Positions 1-13,941 of a stretch of 64,000 nt of DNA are shown here, one piece after another. The notes beneath the pieces are model-generated. The model made no database searches. It was not told the DNA's origin and saw nothing but the letters and a program-made list of their open reading frames with translations. Source of the DNA: Sphyrna mokarran (lineage: Eukaryota); contig JAGIQG010000011.1 of the NCBI GenBank assembly GCA_024679065.1, forward strand, positions 6,758,001 to 6,822,000, in the 5' to 3' direction. How positions within the stretch are numbered: position 1 is the first letter of the stretch; each line of letters starts with the position of its first letter. The position numbers and the translations under genes were made by a program.

Positions 1-699
1 GTACTTAAAATGTTGTTCAAAATCTATTCACTAAATGTAGAGAATCACAAAGCTGTGACATGGCCTCTCCAGCTTCAAATGTGATTATTTCACCTACAAG
101 ACCTCTGTGCTTTGCCACATTCCAATTGTGTTGACAACAGTAAGCGACGTGTTTGGACAACTCTTTCCATAAAGGAAAAGCTTGAATTTGCACCGTACGT
201 TTCAAAATCTGTACTTCATTGCTAGTGAAATATTTTGAAGTGTAATCTTTGGTGTATTTTAGGATTCATTCCCAGGTGTGTTTATAGCTGATCTCAGAAG
301 GGCAGCTTTAGGGATGCCACAGTTTGTCTCAGTGTCATGGGCAAGGTAAAGGAGAAAGTTGCCAGATTTTCCACTCTTGGTTACTGTCGAACAGGAGGTG
401 AATGAGAAATAAGGAGTCAAGGATAGATCCTTGGAACGTCAAAAGTAACAGTGCAGGAGCAGGAAAAAAAGCCATTGCAAACGATACTCTGGATATGATT
501 AAATAAATAAGAATGGAACCAGTTGGCACTTGCCAGCCATGTCTGGTAAGGAGAGAGTTGGGTTTCTTTGCAATTCCCCATCCACAGTCTTATTATGTTG
601 GTTTGGATGACAAAATGACCTTTTGGGCACTTCAGTAAAAGCCTTTTCGTGCCTGTAGAACCATATCCTGGAAGTAAAAGCAAATTACTGTTGATGCTG

Positions 700-880
700 G
701 AATCTGAAACAAAACCTGAAAAAACTGGAAAATGTGAACAGTCTGACAGCATTTTGTGGAGAGAAAATAGAGCCAACATTTCCAGTTTGAATCCAGACTT
801 GAGATGTTGGCTCTGTTCTCTCTCCATAGATGCTGTCAGACCTGCTGAGATCTTCCAGCATTTTCTGTTTTTGTTTCATT
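700..880. repeat. Palindromic pair of a second short repeat family (probably Penelope-derived); other copies about 8210-8340, 16295-16385, 21520-21640, 51505-51612
   Basis: Shared motif ctctctccatagatgctgtcagacctgctgagat.ttccagcattttctgttttt; here present in both orientations around about 790. Confidence 0.6.
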
Positions 881-3351
881 CTGGGAGTACTCAGTGCCCT
901 CGGTACAGGTGGAAGAAAATCAGGACATGAGGACGGATCAAAGTAAAGGAAGCGTCCAGAAGTGTCTTCTGCCATTGGCACCAACTGGAGGGAAAGTATG
1001 TTCTACAGGGAAAGTTTGTGTGAATCATGTAAGGTCACAGTGAAAGTGTTCAGCAGGCGTTTGAAAGGTGCATTTTTTTAGCTTACTTCAAATGGACAGA
1101 GAGTAGCATTGTACATTCTGATGCCTGACACTCTGCAACTCCCACAATTGTTTGATTACATCTCGCGTGCTAAAAATGTTCAGTTTTTCATTAATTTTAA
1201 TTTTATATGTCACTTATTAGCTGTTACTTGTGACAGTTGCCAATGCTTTTAATTTTCATTTATGGTCGAGGCCTGGTAATTAGCCGTGGTTACACAGTAC
1301 ACAAAGGTGCTGTCGGCTGTGTGTCCTGATTCTTGGCAGATGGCCTGCAGTTAATTATGAAAGGCTGTGGAATGTAAAAGAAATTCCATGTTGTTGCTAC
1401 TGGCTGCGGACTGCCATTAGTGCTGCCTGAGATGGCTCCTCAAGTACTGTGTTTGGGATTAAAGTCATCAGGAAGCTGTGGGCTGTTTTTACAATATGAC
1501 TCTTGCCTGAGAGTAAAATAGCATTGCTTTTTACATAGGGTGATTAGCTGTAGGTTGGAAATCATGGCCTCCCAGTCCTCGGGAGTCTCCATCTGCTTCA
1601 CTGCACATCCTGCTTAGTTGTGACTTTGGATTTCCACTATAATGTCTTATGTTTGGTACAAATCAAAACCACCTTTTGCTAACACTATAGTGCCAGTATT
1701 CAATCCAAAGGCGAGTAGGGAATCCTTTCTCTCTCTGGCTTTTCCACTGTCACTATTAAGCCTGGCTATTTGCAGATGCCTGTCTTGGTGTGATTGAGTA
1801 GTCCTCTCATGCACAGATCAAATCACACACAGCTCTGAACATCCTGTCAGAAGAAGGAACAGCAGTGGAATTTCAGATGGTTATGGCTTGTTCAGATGAT
1901 ATTGGGCACGATCTTATACCAGCTGTTCAAGCCACAGTCCCACTGCAGTGAGGTTAGAGAATTTGGCATCCAGCCAAATCTCCATTCACTGCAGCGGGAT
2001 GGGAAAATCCCACCAGCAGAATAGTGGTAACACTTTGGCCTTAAGTTGTTTGTTTCTTTTAGATTTGTTCTCGTGTGATTTAGGGGAATAGACTTGAGAG
2101 CTGGTAATCTGTCACCTGAAGGGAATCCACATCTAAACAAATTACCCAGGGTTAATTTCTTGGATTTGACAATCTTTCAAAGCATTTGAACCTAAAAAGT
2201 CACATCATTGGAGTGCATACAATATATTCAAGGTTGTCAATTTGTCAACTGTAGAATATCTAAGATGATCTCTAGTGGAAGCCCTGAAGACAGTTTTTAA
2301 AAAATGCTCTAAGGATCCCATTCCTACCTTTCATTCTTCATATGTGTGGACTCAGAAACAAATCTGAAAAATATGGCCAATATCGGCTTTAAACACATGA
2401 CTGTTTTTGGTTATCTGGTATGTTTCATATGATTGGTCTTCATATTACAGCTCACTCTCCTCCATGGTTCACATTGCTTTCCATCTCTCTGCTGAATTCC
2501 TCGATGGAGTGTGAAAAAGGCTTGGAGGAGTTTACAATGCCAAGGCATTCATGTGATGAAGTCTTGCAGTGTTACATAAACTCCATGGCATTTTCCAGGC
2601 AATCTGGGCAGGATATCCAGAGGCAACAACTGACATCAGTTCTTCCATATGGAATCATAGGGATCCGTTTTCAGAACTTTTTCTCAGAACATTTGTGAGT
2701 TGAAGGACTAAGGAAATCTTATGCTGCTGGAGAATAACCTTTGTCCAGCTAATAAACAACTCCATGGAGATGTAAAGCAAGTGCAATGACATTTACTATT
2801 TAAAAAGAATTACTTCATACAAAGCAAATTTTATAAATGCCAGAGAGTTTGCAAATAGACATTTCAGCATGAAAAGTAATCCCCACCCTCAACTCTCCTG
2901 TACTATTAAGATATTATGGTAGACTTGCAAATGATTTCAAATGGATAGTCCAGGGTAAAGTCCACAGTGACCAACCAAATTCTCATGTTGTTCTGTATAA
3001 ACTGAATGGTCGAAATGAAAGTTTCAAACACACAAGTTGATTTGCCTCCCAATGAGGACTGGTGACTTTTTGTGAAGTTGAGAGCAGAAATGTAATGTTT
3101 AGATGGCTTGGTTGTGTCTGGAAGTTGAACTTCCAAAGACTGAGGAAAGCAGTATCCTGCAGAGAATGTATAAATGAGAACTTTGAAATTGACAATTTAT
3201 GATAAAGTATGCACTATTTTGTGCTTCACACTTACTTGAAGCGGTGTTAAAATTGCTGTGTACCATTTGACCCAGGACTCATCATTGGCTAACTGAGGGG
3301 ATCTTGAGCTTAAATCTCCAGTAAGATTTCACAAAACTCTATCTGTTTCAG

Positions 3352-3424
3352 GTTTTCCATGTAATACGGACATCATGCATTGATCTTCTGAAGGTGATTG
3401 AGAAATATCAGCAGAGACTCAACA
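3352..3424 (+). CDS. ICA1L: ICA1-like (ICA69 family, AH/BAR domain) coding exon, first one in the window
   Basis: Acceptor tctgtttcag, donor gtaagt; 73 nt, phase 0 to 1; reads VFHVIRTSCIDLLKVIEKYQQRLN, resembling the ICA1L/ICA1 N-terminal BAR helix (recalled). Not in the ORF track; found by hand. Confidence 0.9.
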
Positions 3425-4514
3425 GTAAGTATCCAAGTGCTTCCTTTCTGGAGTATTGACAAAACCAGTTGTGAGTGCTAGTTAGCTGTAGAACCATAAG
3501 TAAATGGCTCCTTTGGATCAAATACTTGTTGAAAAGACCAGAAAGATGTGCACTTCTGCATACCAGCTGAATTAGGAAATTCTTGTATAAACTTTCCAAC
3601 CTGATTGAATTTGAGATGAAACAGAGTTTCCAGCCAATTTATATGAGATCAGTTCCTGCAATGTGAAAATGGGCAAGCATTGAATATCTTTCTTTTTATC
3701 TGCAATTCAGATATGGAATTCATCTTCAATTAGTGTGGATTGATTCAATTTCAGACTTGCCTCAAGTACTGATTATGCTTTGCACTTGTGCCAACAGGTT
3801 GGCACCTGTGGTTTGCCCCATGATAGTGAATCTCCACTACTTCGTAGACAAGGTTAGAGGCTCCTGTCCAGCTCTGAATCGAGTCCATTTTTGTCCAGTT
3901 AGGAATTTTCTACATGTCTATCATGATGTAAGCTGAATGCCAGATCTCTTAAATTGGGACTTGGTTTGGTCTGTTACTCATTTATGCTGATGTAGGATCC
4001 TGTTCAGAAAGAGCAAATGCAACCAAATACTTCCCTTCCCTCAGAGTGAAAAGATAAGTAAGGAAAGCTTAAAGACATTGAACACACAGTTCAATACCAT
4101 TGAATTCAGCTCATTTTTTATTATAGATTGTCTACCCCTGTCAACACAGCAGATAAATGAAAGAGATTTCATGTGTTGCATTTGTTATTGCAATTATGTC
4201 AGCATGATTTAAGTGGCTGAATCAGATTTGGATACAGCACAGTACCAATATTGTCACTGGGTATTTCTGACATTGACATTGGAAAAAGATGTGCAGGTTG
4301 GATGAATTAGTCATGCTAAATTGCCCCTTTGTACGCCAAGAGATGTAGGTTAAGGGGATTTGTGATGTTACAGGGATAGGGCCTGAGTAAGATGCTCTGC
4401 CGGACACTTGATGAGCCAAGCTCACTTCTGCATTGTTAGGATTCTATGATGATTGAAAATTGCACTGGGGGAAGGAGGGGTCACCTTCACTGCAGCTTTT
4501 CATTCATCAACTTC

Positions 4515-5042
4515 TAGTCATCCTCTTATAAGAAGGATATTATTAAACTAGAAAGAGTGCAGAAGAGATTTACTAGGATACTACTGGGACTTGATGGTTT
4601 GAATTATAAGGAGAGGCTGGATAGACTGGGACATTTTTCTCTAGAATGTAAAAGGCTGAAGAGCGATCTTAAAGGGGTCTTTAAAATAATGAATGGTATA
4701 GAGCAACTAGATAGTCAGTATCTTTTCCCAAAAGTTCCAGACACCATCCTCTGAGTGTAAAAATTACCCCTCTGAACTCTTATGTTTCTCCCCTCTCACC
4801 TTAAACCGATGCCCTACCTTTTAGAGTTTAGTTTTAGACACCCTACCTTTGAGGAAAAATGTTGACTATAGAAACATAGAAGCTAGGAGCAGGAGGGAGG
4901 CCATTTGGCCCTTCAAGGCTGCTCTGCCATTCATTATGATCATGGCTGGTTGTCCAACTCAGTAGCCTAATCCTGTTTTTCCCCATAACCTATGACCCAT
5001 TTGCCCATATCTAGCTGTCTCTTGAATACATTCAATGTTTGC
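4515..5042. mobile_element. CR1 fragments in opposing orientations
   Basis: Plus piece 4515-4735 (QKRFTRIL...LFPKV), minus piece about 4735-4870, then a minus CR1 3' tail 4869-5040. Confidence 0.7.
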
Positions 5043-5069
5043 TAAAATCTCACTGACCATGCAATGATA

Positions 5070-5222
5070 GTAAGAAGCCTCACAATGCCAGGTCAAAGTC
5101 CAACAGGTTTATTTGGAAGCAAAAGTCACTAACTTTCGGAGCGCTGCCCTGTCTCATTCACGTTAGACTTGTGAGACTTATTAATGTATTTACCCCAGTC
5201 CAACGCCAGCATCTCCATGTCA
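5070..5222. mobile_element. Short Penelope terminal-repeat remnant
   Basis: taagaagcctcacaatgccaggtcaaagtccaacaggtttatttgg and tail taccccagtccaacgccagcatctcca match the elements at 20.2 kb and 32 kb. Confidence 0.75.
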
Positions 5223-6075
5223 TATAACAATGTGACAGGAATCAGAATACTGCAGAGGCTTCATCATCTGATAGTGCAGCAAATGTCCCGTCCTTACTCA
5301 ATGATGCTAACATTTTCCTTGCAAGTATTACTCACTGTATCTTAATTGGCAGACTAGTGAAAACTAGGATCTAATTCTGATTTTGGTGTATTGAGACATG
5401 TGCCTGTAGGTGGAGCTATTTGCACATTTTGCACCAATATACGGTGTGCTGTACAAACAGTCCACACACTAACAAAAACTGCCGAATCTACATATCAGTA
5501 TGAATTAATGACCAAACTGTTAATGTCACACCAACATATCCAAAATGAATGCAGTGAAACAAATTTATCCAAGGAGAAAAAAATGGAGGCTACAGGAAAA
5601 AGTCTAAGAGCATGGAATCTCGCCAATTTGTCTTGTGGAGAGTTAGCATAGAGATAGCAGGCTGAATGACCTCCTCCTATGCTGTGACCGTGCTGGATGC
5701 AGTGGGTTAGACACTTGTCTCTGGGATCAAGGTAAAAACTAGCCCAGACTGATTGGATGCTAGTGTCTGCTGTTTGCTGGCTAGCAATACATTGCATGAA
5801 CTGGGCTTCAGTGAGCTGAGTCTAGGTTCTGTCATCAATAATACGGAATTACCTGTAGTACAGACTTGGTTGGCATTGCATTGGCAATCTGTCTAAATTG
5901 CCTGGTGTGAGAAGTAGACAGATATCCCTTTAGCTGGGAGCTGTGCTAAATTATGGAAAACAGAAGGGGTTTCACTTGAAATCCTTAACTGTGCTGTACC
6001 AGATCTAGAAGTGGTTGCTGCTGACAGTGCACGGCTGAAATGGTGTGTTCCAGTTTGTTGTTATCCGCCATTAGT

Positions 6076-6405
6076 GGACAGCACAGTGGCATAGTGATTC
6101 ACACTACTGCCTCACAGCTGTTGGGAACTAGGTTGGATTCCTGGCTTGGGTCACTGTGTAGAGTTTGCACATTCTCCCCTTGTCTGCATGGGTTTGCTCT
6201 GGGTGCTCCGGTTTCCTCCCATAGTCCAAAGAGTTAGGTTGATTGGCCGCGCTAAATACCCCTAGTATCTTAGGATGTGTAAATTAGAGGAATTAGTTGA
6301 GTAAATGTGTGGGGTTGTGTATGGGGATAGGGCATGGGCTGGGATTGTTGTCAGTGCAGACTTAATGGGCTGAAAGGCATCATTCTGCACTGTAGCGTGT
6401 CTGTG
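6076..6405 (+). mobile_element. tRNA-derived V-SINE (HE1-like); other copies about 4285-4450, 12340-12600(-), 16500-16795(-), 22490-22745, 36850-37180, 49010-49197(-), 53347-53642
   Basis: A/B-box-like head (cagcacagtggcatagtg...ggttggattcc), core gtgtagagtttgcacattctcccc...gggtgctccggtttcctccc, CR1-like tail. Confidence 0.85.
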
Positions 6406-7049
6406 ATCTCCACACTGCTGAATTCACGATAATTGAGAGAACTGAATGGTTTCCAATTAAGTCACTCAGTGATTGCGACAAACATTCTCCGGTCAGATAT
6501 AGGTTGGTAAGTTGAAGAATGAAGGCCTCTCAAATTTGAAATTATTTCCCCCGCCCCAAAGCAAAACTAATTTGTGTTTTTGTCTCCCCACACCAGCCAT
6601 CTTGAGGCCTACCACAGGAAGATTGCTTGATGCATACAATTTGTGTTTGTACCTATATCCAAAATAAACTGGTTAAGCTAGTCTGAGCTTATCTTGCGTA
6701 GAGTTAGTCAACTCTGACTGGTTTCAAACCTAGCTGTCCACAGTAAAAGTAAAGTTCCATTTAATATATTGTGTCAAGGTTTGCTAACACTAAAACCCCT
6801 GACTTTGGGCTGAAGGTCCTTTACTCATGCTCATAGGATATCTGAGTGATTCTGACTGGGGTGTGTTAGGGACCGAGACATTGTTAGAGATCATCAACCT
6901 TAAATCCTCTCTTTTGTGGAATGTCTTGGCTAAAGCTTTGCCTCGTGTGAAAGCAGCCATATAATACAACCCTCAGCTGAGTTTCCAACCTTTTGTTCTC
7001 ACTCCATTACAAAGGCAAGTTATAAACTATCTTTGTGAGATTCCCTTTT

Positions 7050-7595
7050 CTACCCATCTACTGCTGGATCTTTTGCTCATGTGCTTGTCATCTCCAGATT
7101 TGACTATTCTAATGCTATCTTGACCAGCTTCCAATTCCCTCCACCCTCTATAAACTTCAGCTCATCTAAAATTCTGCTGATCCCAACCTCTCGTCATCTT
7201 TGTTTCACAGATCTATGTTGGCTCCTGGCCCACCAGTGCCTCATCCTTGTGTTCAAATCTCTCCCTGGCTTTTGCCCCTTCACATATCTCGCAGTCTCCA
7301 GCCTTACAACCTTTCCTATTCGACTGTCACCACCACTCGACTCTCTGATCTGCTTGACTCTGACCTCTTGTCTATTGCCCCCTTCTTTCACCAACTGTCC
7401 CTTCAGCCAAGTAAGCTTGTTGTCTCAAATTGCCTTGTTAAATCCCAGAGTGCATCTTCCTTTAAGACTGTCCTTAATATTTCATCTCATTGACTAACTT
7501 TATGGTAATACCCACTGCCACAGTCTTTGGTTCAGTATCCATTTTTTCCTTATTCCCCTGTCTGTTATGTTAAAAGAGTCATATCAATGCAATTC
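7050..7595 (+). mobile_element. L2-like LINE 3' fragment (related minus pieces about 54925-55140, 58230-58610)
   Basis: LVISRFDYSNAIL motif typical of the L2 ORF2 C-terminus. Confidence 0.65.
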
Positions 7596-7678
7596 TTAAT
7601 GTCTGAATTAAAATTTATTTTAGGAGGATAACTGTCAGGTGGTGTATCTGTACAGCACTTTTCTGATTTAAGTGGTAA

Positions 7679-7873
<195 letters not shown>

Positions 7874-8395
7874 TGATCTGGCTTGTTGCCTGACCTGGTA
7901 TCTACTTTTATCACGTGTATGCTTGATATTGAGAAATAGAATAATCAATGGAGATACAGTGCACGCTGTTTGATATGTGATTCAATTGAAAACTTGAACT
8001 TCAAGCTGCCCTAGTGTCTCACTGGGAAAAGGATAATGTTTATAGTGCTAAATTCTCAGATAATGTTGAATTAGCAGATTCCACTTTTGAGTAAATATTC
8101 CAGCCCAACATCATTCAGGGAACCTGTTTCTCCACCGAGTGTCTGAAAGCTAATTAGACTAGGTAATTTGCAGGGCATGGTGTGGGTAAATTTAAGATCC
8201 TTTTGTCAAAGCTTGTCAAAGGGTCATCTGAATGCGAAATGTCAGCTCTTTTCTCTCCTTACAGCTGTTGCCAGAGCTGTTGAGATTTTCCAGTATTTTC
8301 TTTTTTGGTTTCAGTCAGTATCTGCAGTCATTTGCTTTAAATTTAACATTGTTGACAAATTTGACAGTAGGGATCTTGCAACAAAGCATGCATTG

Positions 8396-9991
8396 TAGAA
8401 CATAAAACATTACAGCGCAGTACAGGCCTTTTCACCTTCTGTTGCACTGACCTGTGAAACCAATCTAAAGCTCATCTAACCTACACTATTCTGAAATCAT
8501 CCATATGTTTATCCAATGACCGTTTAAATACCCTCAATGTTTGAAAGTCCACTACTGTTGCAGGCAGGCATTCCACACTTTACTACTGTCTGACTAGGGA
8601 ACCTATCTCTGACATCTGTCCTATATCTATCATCCTTCAATTTAGAGCTATGTCCCCTTGTGTCAGCCATTTCCATCTGAGGAAAAAGGCTCTCACCGTC
8701 CACCCTAACTAATCCTCTGATCATCTTATATGCCTCTACTAAGTCACCTGTTAACCTTCTAACGAAAATAGCCTCATCCCTCAGTCTTTCCTCATAAGAC
8801 CTTCCCACCATACCAGGCAACATCCTGTAAATTTTGTCTGTACCCTTGCCAATGCTTCCACATCCTTCCTATAATGCAGCGACCAGAACTTATGCAATAC
8901 TCCAAGTGTAGCCGCACCAGAGTTTTGTGCAGCTGCAACATGACCTCATGGCTCCAAAACACAATCCCTCTACCAATAAAAGCTAACACACCGTATGCCT
9001 TCTTAACAACCCTATCAATGTAGATGTCAACTTTCAGGGATCTACGCACCTGGACTCTGATCCCTGTGCTCATCCACACTATCAAATACCATTATCCGAG
9101 TACTCTGTATTCCTGTTACTCCTTCCAAAGTGAATCACTTCATACTTTCCCGCATTAAACTCCATTTGTCACCTCTCAGCCCAGCTCTGCGGCTTATCTA
9201 TGTCTCTCTGTAACCTGCAACATCCTTCCACACTGTCCACAATTCCACTGCTTTAGTGTCAACTGCACATTTACTGACCCATCTTTCTACGCCCTCATCC
9301 AGGTCATTTATAAAAATGACAAACAGCAGTGGCCCCAAAACAGATCCTTGTGCTATACTACTAATAACTGAACTCCAGGGTGAATATTTCCCATCAACCT
9401 CCACTCTCTGTCTTCTTGCAGCTAGCCAATTTCTGATCCAAAACGCTAAATCACCCTCAATCCATGCCTTCCTATCTTCTGCAATAGCTTACTGTGGGAA
9501 ATCTTATCAAATGTTTTACTGAAATCCATATGTACCACATCAATTGCTTTCCCCTCATCCACCTCTTCGGTCACCTTCTCAAAGAACTAATAAGATTTGT
9601 GAGGCACGACCTACTTTTCACAAAACCGTGTTGACTACCCCTAATCAAATTATTCCTTTCTAGATAATTATAATTTCTATCTCTTATAATCCTTTTCAAA
9701 ACTTTGCCCACAACAGAAGTAAGGTTCAATGGTCTATAATTACCAGGATTGTCTCTACTTCCCTTCTTGAACAAGGGGACAACATTTGCTATCCTCCAGT
9801 CTTCTGGCACTATTCCTGTAGACAATGCTGACATAAAGATCAAAGCCAAAGGTTCTGCAATCTCCTCTCCAGCCTCTTGGAGAATCCTAGGAGAAATTCC
9901 ATTTGGTCCAGGGGACTTATCTATTTTCATACTTCCCAGAATTGCTAACATCTCATCCTTATGAACCTTAAGCCCATCTAGTCTAATAGCC
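8396..9991 (-). mobile_element. CR1/HER1-like LINE, 5'-truncated, frameshifted
   Basis: ORF pieces EDWRIANVVPLFKKGSRDNPGNYRP, QGSVLGPLLFVIFINDL, LVRLHLEYC; ttcta-type tail; TSD tgcattg at 8389-8395 and 9992-9998. Confidence 0.93.
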
Positions 9992-10238
9992 TGCATTGAG
10001 CGTTGAGATTTCGGTGAAGTATCTCATGTTTCAAATGCCCATACTGTGCATTGAGAAGGTCCTAATGATATGGATTCCTTCTGGGCATTTATAATACCTG
10101 GCACTGGTGTGATTGCAGATCTCACTGTTAAGGAGAGTGACATGAGCTGTTGAATTAATACCATTGTGCAAAGAAGATGTATGTTGGTTTTAAGTCTGAT
10201 TTCCTCCACCATACCTGGTATACCAATACAGTAAATAA

Positions 10239-10487
<249 letters not shown>

Positions 10488-11149
10488 TGAATGTTCTGCA
10501 GATATTGGGTTCTATCAGAATCAAAATACCTCCAGTTTTATTTGGATATGCTTCTAATTTGCATTTGTATAGATGTAGAAAGATGGGCAACATTAACTTG
10601 GGAGATTCCCAAAGGAAAAGAGATTTGACTTGACCCTGATTTGACAATGCTTTTAGGTATACACTTATGTTTTATTAGTTTTGTAGTTTACTGCCTTGGG
10701 AATGTGCTCTCTTCTGAGGGTAGTGGAAAGCTGGAACACTCTTCCATCCAGAAAAGCATTGAGATTATATAAAGTGGAAATTTCAAAACTGGATTGATAA
10801 ATTCTTTTAGGGAAGGATGTGAAGGGATATGGAAATAAGCCAGGTAGCTGGAAATAAGATAAAATTGAATGTGAAGCAGACTAGAGAGGCTGAATAGTCT
10901 ATTATCATTACTATGTTTCTATTCAGCTTTGTCAGGTACGATTCTCTATGGGCCCATTGAGTGCATTGCACCATCGAAAAACCTGATCCAGAGACATACA
11001 CAATGTAGGATCAGACACTTGTGTTCAGGTTAAATAACCTTGTTCCAACAGCAGATCTGTGGACCAACAATAACAAGGGCCTAACCAGTTCTGAAAATTG
11101 GTATTTTGGAACACTTATCTGTGAGAAAATCTGGTAATTCCTTCCGAGA

Positions 11150-11425
11150 GCACTACTTTAACCTAAATACACCTCAGATATGTCCCAAACTGAGCTTAAT
11201 GTACAGCTGGTGATATCAGCCCCTTCGACCTTCACCCCAGTTCTTCTAATATATTCCTTATGGCCACCATTGTTTTAGCCTTTTTGGTGTTAATACTCAG
11301 TCCAAATTCTAAGCTTCTAGATATTACTTGATCTAAGATATTTTGTAGAGCCTCTTCTGATTCTGCTGAAAGAACTCTCAACAGTGACATCAGAAAATAA
11401 AATGTCAGCATTTTGGTCATTTAAT
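11150..11425 (-). mobile_element. RTE-like LINE RT fragment
   Basis: AESEEALQNILDQV...EFGLSINTKKAKTM, the typical segment after YADD in non-LTR RTs. Confidence 0.6.
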
Positions 11426-12890
11426 CAGAGCGAATAACTACAGAGATCTCTTCCAGGGGCAAAGTGGAGAATAGCACGAAGAGGGCCCGACCTATGTGTA
11501 GTTGCAAAATGGATGCCACGGAATGGTTGCTGACAAGTTCCAGTGGATGTGTGAGTGTGACAGCAAGCCTGCTGACCTGAGTAACTACAAGAAATCAGAA
11601 ATATGGGGTGAAATAAATATTGGTAGTCTATCTTCCGAGGCAGCACTAGTGCAAGTTAATAGGGTTGAGTGTCTTTTGACATTATTCTATCAGCCAGGGA
11701 TTTATTTTCTAGCAACCCAAGTCTATTTGCAGAATCTATTTGAAAAGATAATTTTTTAGCTATTGCAATAAGAATTTGTATCCAAAACCTTTCCGGATTA
11801 AAGCAAGGTAACATATCCAGGAATGTGCAGTGACTGGAGGATTGTTACAAACAGATTAAGTGCTCAGTATTAATCTCAGTCAAGTATGTTCTGGGGAAAT
11901 TACCCAATCATCTCATTCTAACAATGGTGTCGCAATTTGTAGCTGTAATTGGAGGAGTTGCATTAAGACGATTACATGGAAGGTGGGTTTGTCAAAGAGC
12001 ACTTTCCCAATTGTGCATATGTACTAATTAGCTCAGTGACCTCAATGACACATGCTCATTCACAAAGATAAAATACATTTTCCCTTTAAAATACATTTTC
12101 CCTTTAGGAATGTAAGAGGCATTATTTCTTACTCTGGAAACTAGCATTGCAATATAGGTCCTTGAGGATATCCACATGCTAGAGATACAAAGAGCTTGTA
12201 GCATTTTTGATGTTACCTGGAATGATCATATTTGATTACCATTAACATGAGACCATTAACTGGTAATGGTGAGGTAAAGGGAAAACCACATCTGTGATAA
12301 TGCTTTAGTTTGAAATATACTTCAAATTACACTCCCTATATAGAATCCCTACAGTACAGAAGGAGGCCGTTAGGCCCATCAAATCTACACTGACCACATT
12401 CCTACCCAGGGCCTGTTCCTGTAACCCCACATATTTACCATACTAATCCTCTGACACTAGTTAATTTATCATGGCCAATCAACCTAACCTGCACATCTTT
12501 GGACTGTGAGAGGAAACTCACACAGTCACCCAAAGCTGAAATTGAACCCGAGTCTCTGGCACTGTGAGGCAGCAGTGCTAACCACTGTGCCACCGTACTG
12601 CCAGCATATATATTTAAATTTGTGTTTGCATCCCACCATCTTTAAATCGGTTATAAGAAGCCATTTTTCGTCACCATGGCTTCACTCATTGGCAGTTGAG
12701 ATTGAACCATGATTCAGTAAGGAGGGACTACTGTCACAGCACTGAACAGTTGTTGTTTTTTCAATTAGCCCCCTGTGACACAAGAAAAGTTGCCCAACTC
12801 TCCTTAAATCTCCTCCCTGTCCAACTTCACCTTCAAATCTATCCATTAGCCTTAACCTTCTGTCACCCTGCTAATCTTCTCTTGACTCAG

Positions 12891-13672
12891 ATAAATGTGT
12901 GGTGGTCCATTTTGGCAGGACCAATGGGATGAAGCAGTATAATATCAAGGGTAGGAGTCTTGGCAGTGTTGAGGAGCAGAAGGATCTTGGGGTCTGGGTC
13001 CATAGGTCTCTTAAATCTGCCCCGCAAGTGGAGGATGTGGTCAAGAAGGCATATAGTATACTGGCCTTCATTAATAGAGGAATTGAGTTTAGGAGTCAGG
13101 AGGTAATGCTGCAACTTTATAAGACCCTTGCCAGACCCCACTTGGAGTACTGTGCGCAGTTCTGGTCGCCTCCACTATAGGAAGGATGTGGAAGCTATTG
13201 AGAAGGTGCAGAGGAGATTTACAAGGATGTTGCCTGGATTGGGAGGCATGCCTTATGAAGATAGGTTGAGAGAGCTAGGTCTCTTCTCCCTGGAGAGACA
13301 AAGGTTGAGAGGCAACCTGATAGAGGTTTTTAAGATGTTGAGAGGAATAGATAGGGTGGATTCTCGGAGGCTATTTCCCAGGGCTGAAATGTCCGCTATG
13401 AGAGGACACAGGTTTAAGATGCTGGGGGGCAAGTACAGAGGAGATGTTAGAGGTAAATTTTTCACTCAGAGGGTGGTGAGTGAATGGAATCGGTTGCCGT
13501 CAGTGGTGGTAGAGGTGAACTCGCTGGGGTCTTTTAAGAGACTTCTGGATGAGTACGTGGGATGTAATGGGATTGGGAGTTACAGATAGGTCTATGGCCT
13601 CGTAAGTATAGATATAATCGGCACAACTTGTGGGCCGAAGGGCCTGTTTGTGCTGTAGTGTTCTATGTTCTA
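12891..13672 (+). mobile_element. CR1-like LINE 3' fragment
   Basis: ORFs 12899..13180 and 13128..13589 (RPHLEYCAQFWSP, LFSLERQRLRGNLIEVFK); tail ttctatgttcta; TSD tgactcag at 12883-12890 and 13673-13680. Confidence 0.93.
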
Positions 13673-13941
13673 TGACTCAGCATCTGTGAGGACTTGGTGA
13701 TGTATTTCAAGTTAAAGACAGTGTATAGCTACAAATTGTTGTCTGGCATGAGAACCCTCCTTAATACAAGACTATTTCAGAAGGAATGATAGGCCATAAT
13801 TGCAGGATGCCATCAGTTCAGAAATTCAGTATCTTTATTTCCCAGATAGACATTGTGAGATGTACCTTTAGTGTGACCTCCCAGCCCCAGGTATTGTATC
13901 TAAGCCTTGAATGAGCAGTTTAATCTGTATGAAACAAGAAC

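Noticed and set aside
1-3351. First coding exon of ICA1L
   Set aside because: No segment encoding the expected ...DEH.VASDA.LDAKLE motif was found; it is probably upstream of the window.
6076-6150. tRNA gene
   Set aside because: The A/B-box-like head runs directly into the V-SINE core and tail; it is a SINE head with no complete cloverleaf.
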